This document shows, piece by piece, positions 1-9,166 of a DNA stretch of 64,000 nt (position 1 is its first letter; every line of letters starts with the position of its first letter). Position numbers and translations under genes: made by a program. This stretch comes from Rebecca billardiae RCC1528 (taxonomy: Eukaryota > Protista > Haptophyta): NCBI GenBank assembly GCA_965240325.2, contig OZ251222.1, positions 3,224,001 to 3,288,000 on the forward strand. Direction: 5' to 3'. Below the pieces are notes generated by a model. That model saw only the letters and a list, made by a program, of their open reading frames with translations. It did no database searches and was not told the DNA's origin.

Positions 1-845
1 CCAACTGTCACCGCCCATGAAGCCGTCGCCGATGGTCTGATGAGCGCCGTCGCCGACTCGCCGTCGGAAGTCCGGAAGATTCGACAGTTCGTTCACTCCG
101 GGTTCCGAGCCCCGTCCGCGTGGCGCGATGAGGGCTGCGGCCGCCTCGCGGCGCGCGCCCGCCATCGGCCGCCATGCTGCCGGCCACCGGTGTGACGGTG
201 GCGGGCCGCGAGCGCCCAAAGGCCAAAACGGAATTACAATGATCGATGATCATGATCACTATGAAGTATGATGCGGGACGGTGATGCCTCACAGGCTCAG
301 TGATGCCGCCGCAGCACGATTCTCACAGTCACACTAGCCGACGGACGTGTCCCGCTGCGTCACGCGGCAGGCGCTCGGGTCGTGATAACCCTTCGGAGCC
401 CGCCGGCTCGGCCGCGCGGAGACTACGACGGCGGGGGCGATTATCGTCGTTGACGTCAATGACGAATGACGACCACCAGAAATAGAATGTCAATGCCGGG
501 GCCAATCCGCCACAGTGGCGGGGTGACATCAGTCATCGCCATCGCCATCGCCATCACTCATGGCGGCGGCGACCCCACTCGCCCGCGGTAGCACGAACAG
601 TCACAGTGTTAAACAGTCGGCAATCGGAATGGCATCACCAAGCTCTGCTTGCTGCGGCCGAGAGACTGCCAAGCGCCGCGCGTGCTGAGAGCTACAGTTT
701 ATTTGTTTTAACGTGCGTAAGGCTCACGGTGGCAGGTTGCCGCGCCATCCTTCAGCCCGCGCGCCTGCAGCGATCGCGGCGATTCAGCAGCCTCCCACTG
801 CTTCAGTGCGAGTCACCGCGTGGATACACCTCCTCCAGCCCCGTT

Positions 846-1240
846 TCACTTCATGTCGAGCTCGGCAGTGTGGCAACGTTCGTTTGGATGCCCGCTGAGC
901 GTGGGTAAGATGTGCGCTGCTCGGCTCTGAGCCGTCACCTGCGCATGCATGTGTGGTAGGTGACCAGGGCACACCACCCCGTTCCGAGCGACACACCGAC
1001 AATTGCGCCCCAGAGTGGCAGCAGGCACGTCGACCAACACAGGCCCAGCTCGACGAGCGAGAAGTCCACCAGCGAGCTCACGAGGAAGATCACGCTTGGA
1101 ATCGCGACGAGTCCGCCAAGGGCGACCAGGAGAGCGCATGGAGCACTGCGCTGCGCGACACGACTTGCAGCTGCGCTCAGCCATGGGTTGAACGAGTGCT
1201 CGTGAAGAAGCGGCTCTCCTTCGCCATCGATGGCTGCCAT
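846..1240 (-). CDS. Small hypothetical membrane protein (~116 aa, 2 exons; intron 895-938)
   Basis: ATG at 1240 (MAAIDGEG...) and two hydrophobic segments. A 44-bp GT-AG intron joins the frame of ORF 935..1804 to the end of ORF 846..1547 (...CMRS GHPNERCHTAELDMK*). Confidence 0.5.
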
Positions 1241-1537
1241 CGCGTGGGTGCTCACGAGAACCCGCGCAGACGAGCCCGAACGAGACGCGCGCCCGGTCTC
1301 GGCCCGGCGCACGGGCACCGGGCCCGGGCGTCCACGCGTTAGGGAAGGATGGCTGCCTCCCTGGGCGCCAGGCGCCAGCGAGCAGCGGGGTCGCTCGCCT
1401 CCCGCAAAGGGCCGGACCGCAGTCACCGGGATCAGAGAGGGAGGGCTGCCGGACCAGCCCGGCGGCGGAGCGGGCGTCACCGCCACGACCGCCGAGCCAA
1501 GTAGGGCGCCGCCGCGCCAGCGCGCGAAGCGCGAGCC

Positions 1538-2684
1538 ATGGCAGCATTGAACAAGGCGTCCATTGGCGTCAGGCTGCGTGACGAGTCGGGCGCTGCCGGG
1601 CTGCGCCTGGAGGCGATGGAGGACGAGGGCGAGGTGACCGTCTTCATCAAGCACGCGGGGAAGCAGTACTTTGTGAGCGGTCCGAGCGAGTGGGGCGGCA
1701 AGGAGGTGGTGGTCTTCATGCAGCGCCTTGCCTTCTACGCGTGCGCCGTCGGGACCGATGGCGAGATCAGCGCGCCCATCCCGTTCGAGGCCATGGGCGC
1801 GCACCGCGCCGCCGGCCGCTTCCCGTCGGTCGTGAAGGTCGCCTCAGGCGGGCTTCACGCGGCGCAGTCGATGATGAAGGAGCAGCAGCCCATCAACGAC
1901 GCTGGCAAGCACTGGCTCGCGTCGGCGCAAGTGGAGCGCAACGCGCTCAGCGTGGGCAACCACACCGGCCTCGACGCGCTCACCATCCAGACGCTCCGCA
2001 CCAAGGAGGGCGCGCTCGCGCTGCTGCTCGTGCACAAGGGCGAGGCGTACACGTGCACCGTGCCGCTCGGGTGGGGCCGGGGGCAGGCCTCGCTCGTCGT
2101 CTTCCTGATGCGGCTGACGTTCCACATGTGCCGCACGGACACGCTCGAGACGCGGGAATTCGAGGCCCTCACGGCCTCCGACATCCCGCTCGGCTGGACG
2201 GCCGATGGCGCCGGCATGGCCAAGCACGCGTCCATGGCACCCCTCGCACGCCGCTCGAGCATCGGCCTGCACGCCCACCAGAGCCTGCTGAAGAAGGCGC
2301 GCGCGCGCGCCGGCGTCCGATGCCGCGCTCAAGCCCGCTGCTGTCCTCCCCCCTCTCGCGCCCGCCCGGCGATGCGCTGGCTCACGCTCTGCGCACTGCG
2401 CACCCATGCCGCGGCTGCCCACCCACCCACCCACCCACCCCGGACAGGAGGACGACGCGGTGCACCTGAACGCCAGCCTGAGCATGCGGACGAAGGGTGT
2501 CGCGCGCATCAAATCGGTCCAGCCGCCCACGTCGGCACCTAACGCGATCGGCATCGACCCCACCGCGCCGGGCTACGAGGACGCCGCCTCGCCTGGAATC
2601 CTCCATTCAGTTATGGAGGCGGCGCTTGTCGGTGCTCTCGCCGTTGGCGTGACGATGCTTTTCCTGCGCATGCGCTCCGGCTAA
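1538..2684 (+). CDS. Hypothetical tail-anchored protein with an internal tandem duplication (~331 aa; GC-AG intron 2297-2447)
   Basis: Coding-like codon usage. AAG|GCGCGC donor and ACAG|GAG acceptor, both phase 0, join ORF 1538 to ORF 2406..2684. C-terminal TM (AALVGALAVGVTMLFL) followed by RMRSG*. Confidence 0.75.
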
Positions 2685-3148
2685 GTCCTGAGTCAGGTGG
2701 TGCCCAACTCTCGCCGGCGAGGACCGCTGCGTGCGGCGCCGGGCGTCGCCGACTAAGTCGGTAACTGAGTGGCAGCACTACGGGCCAATCGGGGCATGGG
2801 GCCCGATCAGGCTGATGCGGACCGTGCGCAGGCTGCCTGCTGCTGATTAGTCCGGTACGGCCTACGGGCGGTCGTAGTGATGGACTACAGCCTTATACAC
2901 TTGACTCACATCTGACTGATAGTACCGCTCAGCGCTTAGATTAATGTAATCGGCCATCCGGCTGGACACTTGTCAGCTTCTGGCAGGCGGTTACATCGCG
3001 ATATGATGAGTCCGTTGACGACTCGTCGGCGCCGGCGCCACGCCCGACGGGGCACGCGGCGGGCACGGTCACGGGTCCGAGGCACGGAGTAGCCTTGCCC
3101 TTATTGGTCCGCCGTTATATATTGGCCTGAGCAGTCACTGAGCACAGG

Positions 3149-3201
3149 CTACAATTTACTAAGAATAAGAGACGCACACGACAGCTCAGGCAGGCGAGAT
3201 T
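3149..3201 (+). repeat. Dispersed ~50-bp motif, copy 1 (CTACA.TTTACTAAGAATAAGAGACGCACA..CAGCTCAGGCAGGCGAGATT)
   Basis: Near-identical to 42295-42344, partial at 42199-42226, reverse complement with insertions at 14081-14119. Confidence 0.85.
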
Positions 3202-3508
3202 ACGCTGCGCGGTACCGTCGGACTCCACCACGGGCACGGACCACCGCTTCACGGCTAATACGCTATAACCACTCGTAGCACGGTCACGGACGAGTAGAGC
3301 AGCTCATTATAGCCTCTTCCCTTCACTCGCCGTCGTAACGGTGCTCGGGCCCTGGGCCTCGGTAATCCGCCCGCACACACACGGCGGCCGCATGTCTGTT
3401 CAGTAGCTTATTAATCGGCTCATAATGTAATCACGCGGCACGCGGCCGCCAGTAAGACTCGGGAGTCGGGTGGGGGGTGAATCGGGCCGTCCGAGGTGCC
3501 AAGAGCAT

Positions 3509-4003
3509 TCAGGTGCCAAGAGCAGCGAGGAGCTCGGCGCGGCGAGCTTCTCGCGCGGCGAGCTCCGCCATCACGTCGCCTCGGCTCGTGGTGCGCGCAC
3601 CGTCGTCCCCATCCGCACTCCTCACCTCGGCTTGAACTGCGATACTAATGTCCTCTGGCTCATCATCCTGTGCACCTACGGCGCCTGTGGCGTGGTCAGT
3701 GGCGTCGACATCGACGCGAGTCGGCTCATATTCGGGCATGGGGACGTGTGCGTCCAGCTCCTGCTGCATGTGCGCCGTCAGCTCGTCGAGCTGTCGCTTG
3801 CGCTCGGCTCGCCACTGCTCGAGCGAATCCTCGTCGATTGCCAAGCTTTTGATCTCGTCGCGGTCTGCTTGAAGCGCGCGCAGCGCCGCCTCCGTGCGCT
3901 GACGAATGGCCTCGTCTTCGAAGCGCTGCGCGTACAGGTCCTGAGTGCTCGCCTCGTCGTCGGCTGCGGGCGCGTCGGAGGGGGCCGAGGCGTCCGCCTC
4001 CAT
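3509..4003 (-). CDS. Hypothetical acidic, partly coiled-coil protein (164 aa)
   Basis: Clean single-exon ORF with natural E/D/A/R composition. Head-to-head with the RCC1-repeat gene (123 bp apart). Confidence 0.65.
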   Translation of the reverse strand: MEADASAPSDAPAADDEASTQDLYAQRFEDEAIRQRTEAALRALQADRDEIKSLAIDEDSLEQWRAERKRQLDELTAHMQQELDAHVPMPEYEPTRVDVDATDHATGAVGAQDDEPEDISIAVQAEVRSADGDDGARTTSRGDVMAELAAREARRAELLAALGT

Positions 4004-4126
4004 GACGCAACGGCTGTGCGGAGCGGCCCCCGTCTGGACCCCAAGCTACAAATCTACGAGAGTTCCTGGCTCGCAACTCATTTTTTACTTGCAGGAACCA
4101 CGACTTCACGCGTACCGGACTCAGCC

Positions 4127-7100
4127 ATGCTGTCGGCGCGCGCCGCCGCGTGGCTCGTCGTCGCTGCCGCGCTGGCCGTGGCGGAGGGCCCGGCGTCGCC
4201 GCCGGCGCCGTCCGCGCCGCCGGCGCCGCCGGACTTTGTGAGCTTCGCCTCAACCTTGGATGTCCCACGCCCGCCGCACGACCGAATTGTGCGCGGCTGC
4301 GCGGGCGATGCGCACCTCGTCTTCATGACGCAGCAGGGCCGGCTGCTCACGGTGGGCAGCAACCGCTACGGCCAGCTCGGGCGATGGACGGAGGGCGTGG
4401 GTCTCGCGCCCGCTGTCGACGCAGCCCGTGGCACGGGAGAGCCCTCGCGCCTGCTCGAGGCGCGCGAGGTCGAGCTCCCGGGCGGCGCTGCCGCGTCCGG
4501 GTTTGCGTGCGGTCCGCTCAACACGGCGGCCATCGGCGCGCTGCGCGTGGTCACCTTCGGCGACGATTCGCACGGCCAGCTCGGCCGGCCAACAGATGCC
4601 GCGCGCTTCGACAGGCGCCCGCTCCCGATCGCGCTCGAGCTCACCGAGGGCTTCGCGGACGATGCCGCGCGCGCGGCCAAATCGGACGGCGCGGCCGCAG
4701 CGGCTCGGCCGCCGCCTGCCTTCCGCTTCATGCTCGTGAGCGTCTCCGAGTTCTTCGCCGTGGCGGTTACCGTGGACTCGCGCGTGTACGTGTGGGGCCA
4801 CAGCAGCTGGGAGCCCGTCGACGAGTCCGCGGAGGGCGACGAAGCCGAGGCGGCCGCGCGCGCGTCCGTGCCTGTGCGGCTTCCGCTCGCGCTGAGCGCT
4901 GGGGAGTCGGTGGAGCAGGTGGCGGCGGGCGCGTCGTACGTCGTGCTGAGGCTCTCTTCCGGGCGCGTGCTCACGGCCGGGGACAACGAGGTGGGGCAGC
5001 TCGGCCGCCCCGCCGCGAACGTCCAGGCGCTGCTGCACCCGGCGCCGCTCGCGCGCCCCTTCCACGCGCAGAGGTGGGTGGACGTGTCTGCGGGCGAGCT
5101 GCACGGCGCAGCGGTGCGCTCGGACGGGCGCGTGTGCACATGGGGCGCGAACGATGCGCTGCAGCTCGGCCGGGAGCTCTCGGAGGAGGAGGAGGAGGAG
5201 GCGCTCGCTGAGACACCCGGCTGGGTCGACGAGCTCGACGAGCAGCTCGGCGAGGGCGAGCGCGCGGTGCAGGTGTCGGCGGGCAAGGAGCACACCGTCG
5301 TGCTCACCAGCCACGGCCGCTTGTTTGGCTGGGGCAGCAACGAGGACGGGCAGCTCGGGCTGCCCGTGCGCGTGCGCGCGGACGACGGCGGCGCGGGCGT
5401 TGCCGGCGTGCGCGAGGGCGGCGCCGCCGCCGTGGACGACGCCGATGGCGCCGAGCCTCTTCGCAGCGAGGACGCGGCGGGTGCTGAGCCGGGGCAAGCA
5501 GCGGCGGCGGAGGCGGCGGCGGCGGCGGAGGCGGCGGCGGCGGAGGGCGCGGAAGAGGCGGAAGCGGCGGAGGAGGCGGAGGGGGAGGAGGACGGCCTGC
5601 TGATCGGGGCGCCGACACTGCTCCCCTCCGCGGGCGCAGCCGACGCGGGCACGGCCGCGCGCGTCGTCCACGTGCACGCCGGCTCTGCGCTCACCCTCGC
5701 CACCCTTGCCGACGGGCGCTCTCTCGTGCTGGGCGACCTGCCGAGGTCGGTCGAGCAGGGCGAGAGCGCGGGGCTGAGCTCAGACGTGCACGCTGTGGAC
5801 GTGCCCGCGCTGCGCGACGGCGAGTATCTGGTCGAGGTGGGCGCGGGCAGCGCGCACTCCGTCGCGCTGAGCAGCCTCGGCAGGCTCTTCGCGTGGGGCA
5901 CCAACGAGGCGGCCGAGCTCGCGCAGCCGCTCACAACGCGCTCGAGTGACACACCGCTGCCGCTGCCGGCGGCGCGCGCGCACGTGCACGCAGGCGAGCA
6001 GGCCGTGGCCGTGGTGTCGGGCGGCGCGCGCAGCGTGCTCGTCACGGACAGCGGGCGCGTGCTCGTCTGGGGCGGCGCGCCGCCGGACGAGCCGCCACCC
6101 GGCACGCCGCCCCCCAAGCGCGAGCGCGAAGCGACGAGCGGCGCGCGCGGCGCAGCGAGCCGCGGAGGGCGCGCCGCGCGCGGCGGCCCCGCTTCGGCGG
6201 GCGGCGGGATGGGCGGGCGGCGCCCGTTGGCGCGGACTGGTGGCGGCGCGGCCGACGAGGGCGAGGAGGGCGGATACAGCCCCGTCGCCTCGTCAGCGCA
6301 GGCGGAGAGCGGCGCAGACGCAGATGCACGCGCGGATGCCGACGCCGCCGCCGCCGCCTCGGCCGCGAGGAGCTCGGCCGCTGCGACGGCAGGCGCGCCG
6401 GGCTCGGCGGCGGGCTCGGCGGGCGGCTGTGCCGATCGCGCCAGCGCGGATGAGCTGGCTGTGGGCGAGCTGGCGGAGGGGGAGGTGCCGCTGCACGCGG
6501 CGGTGACCGATCGGGCGCTGCTCTTGCTCACCAACGCGGGCCGGCTGATCCTCTTCGCCGCGCGGCGTCAGCCTCCGCGCCCGCCGCCGGGCCCGGCACA
6601 CGCGGCCGCCCCGCCCGCGCCGACGGCGGCGGCTCAGCTGTGGGCGCGCGTGCCAGTGGCGCTGCCGGCAGATGCGCGGCACGCGGTGGTGGACGTGGCC
6701 GCGAGCGAGCGGCACGCCGTCGCCGTGCTCCGCGACGGCTCGCTCTACCTCTGGGGCTCCAACTCGCGCGGCCAGCTCGGCCCCGCCGCGCGCGTCAGCG
6801 AGTCGCTGGAGCTGGGGATGGGCGGTGGGGCGCGCGTGAGGCTGCCGCGCGGCCACTGGGCGCGAGCCGCGTGCGCGGGCGGGGAGTTCACCGCCGTGCT
6901 GAGCGAGGACGGGCCGGTGTTCACGTTCGGCGCGAACGAGCAGCTCGAGCTCGGCCGCGCGGAGCACGCCGAGCTCGACAGCAGGCCAGGCGAGGTGGAC
7001 CTCACACTGGACGCGGGGGACTACTTGCTGCAGGTGCGGAGGCGGCGCGCGCGCTCGCGCTCGCGTGCCGCGGCGCTCATCCGCTGCGTCCACGCCCTGC

Positions 7101-8360
7101 GCCACTGCTCGGCGACCGCAGCTCTCGTGTGGCGAGCAGCACACGCTGGCGCTCAGCGCAGACGGCGCCGCCTGGTCTTGGGGCGACAACGTGAGTCTTG
7201 CGCGCTTTGCGTTCGATGCGCCCCCGCCCCGGCGCGCGCGGTGTGTTGGCTCACTCACGCGCGCGCGGAGCCCTGCTGCCGCGCGCCTGCGCCGCGCCGT
7301 GCGCTGCGCGCGCGCGCCGTGCGCACAGCTCTCCCTGCAGCTGGGGCGCGGCCCCGAGGCGGAGGCGGAGGTGGCCCACCTGGACGAGGACACGGCGGCG
7401 CGCGCGCTGCAGCGCCCCGGCCGCGTGAGCGCGCCGCTGTACGAGGACGAGCGACTGATGCAGGTCGAGGCGGGGGCGTACCACTCGGTGGCGGTCAGCA
7501 CCTACGGCTTTGTGTTTGCGTTCGGCAGCTGCGATGCCGGGCAGTGCGGAGTCGCGGCGCCGCTGGGCGAGGAGGAGGACTCGGCGGAGGCGGAGGCGGA
7601 GGCGGAGGCGGACGAGCTGGCCGCGGCCGAGGGCGCGCGCGCGGACGGGCGCCAGCCCCCCGCACGCGCGGATGGTGGGCGCTTCGCCACGGCTCGCGCC
7701 TCGCAGCCGCGGCCCGTCCGCTCTGCGCCGCCATCGGCCGAGCTCGAGCTCGGCCGTGCGCCGCGCGGCCCGCCGCACGCGGGCCCCGCGCCGCCGCGGC
7801 CCCGGAGAGGGCACGCGGAGGCGGCGCGCTCCGGCGCGGCTCCGGGCCCGACGGGGCGCCCTGCGGGCAGCGTGAGCGCTGCAGGGGGCGGCACGCGCGA
7901 ACGCGGCGCAGAGGCGGCGCACGCGGACATGCGCGGCGGCGGCAGCGGCGCTGCCGTCCCAGAGCCTGGCGCAGGCGCGCGTGATGACGAGGGCGCTGGC
8001 TCTCGCGGTGGTGTCGCCGCCGCGCACGAGCCCCGCGCGAGACCGGTGGTCGATGCATCCGGCGCCGGCGCACACGCGCGTCAAGAAGTTCAGCGTCGCG
8101 ATGACGAGGTCGAGCCACACGGCGACGACCGCGTGGCGGCACCGGAGCGCGTGCGCCAGCGGGCCGAGCAGCATGCTGCTGGCGAAGCCGAAGCTGAAGC
8201 CGAGGCTGCTGGCGATGGTCCTCGTCAGCATCGGCATCGGCCTGATAGTGATGAGCCTGCGCCTTCCGACTTGGAGTCCGAGCCCGATGCTCATCACGCT
8301 GATCCTGATGATGGCGATGCGGGTGCTGATCAGACTGGTGACGAGGCTCAGCAGTCGTAA
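4127..8360 (+). CDS. Signal-peptide-bearing RCC1-repeat (beta-propeller) protein, ~1,335 aa; introns 7034-7121 and 7191-7328
   Basis: Many RCC1 motifs: VSAGKEHTVVLTSHGRLFGWGSNEDGQLG, VSAGELHGAAVRSDGRVCTWGANDALQLG, LYLWGSNSRGQLG. N-terminus MLSARAAAWLVVAAALAVAEG is signal-like. Two phase-0 GT-AG introns restore the RCC1 consensus. Confidence 0.88.
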
Positions 8361-8805
8361 ACGATCATCGAGCGCCGCCCGTCGACGACGACATATATGC
8401 GCGCTATACACTCCTACAGCGCGCTGCGTGCGACTCGCAGACCGTGACGACGTCGACTCGGACTACCGACAGCCGTGACACTGAGTACTGACAGTCTGAC
8501 ACTGGCGTACCGTGTTACTAGGACCACCGTGTACCGTGACAGTGACCGTGACCGTGACCGTGACCGTGTCACGACTCACGTACGTGACCGTGTGGCGTGT
8601 GTGCGGCTGTGTCGTGTGTACCGTGTGGCCGTGCCGCCGTGTGTGCCGCGCGTGCCGCCGAGACTCCCGTCCCTGATGATCGAGTGCCGCGAGCGGGCGA
8701 GAGTGCAGCCCGACGACGTGAATCGTGATCGCGCGAGTGAGCAGTCGGAGCGCTATTGACGGCGCCGCGCGCGGCGGAGCACTCTTCAAGCGGACGAGCG
8801 GCGAG

Positions 8806-9109
8806 CTATTGTGCCGGCTCCGCATCTGCTGGCTCAGCCTGCGCCTCGTCGGCCGCCGGCTCGTGCGCGGCCGCGGCCAGCTCATCCGCGCCCGCGCTGT
8901 GCTCCGTCTCCAGGCCCAGGGGCCCGCCCGGCTCACCCGCTGATCCGACGTCGCTGGCTGTGTCAGCACCTGCGGCGCCGTCGGGGCGAGGCGAGTCTGC
9001 CGCCTCGTCGCCGTCGCCAGCGCCCTGCTCGGGCGGCGCGGGAGGCAAGGGCACGTCCTCGTGCGCCTGCTGTGCGTGCGCGCTCGCGTCGCCGGCCTCG
9101 TCCTCCTCC

Positions 9110-9166
<57 letters not shown>

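Noticed and set aside
3470-4126. N-terminal 219 codons of the 1,504-aa ORF 3470..7984
   Set aside because: Antisense to the gene at 3509-4003. The credible start is the ATG at 4127, and the C-terminal part of this ORF is intron read-through.
7191-7328. Stop-free 3n introns (also 17529-17639 and 18856-19038) as regulated intron retention
   Set aside because: Readily explained by GC-rich introns. There is no evidence of retention without transcript data.
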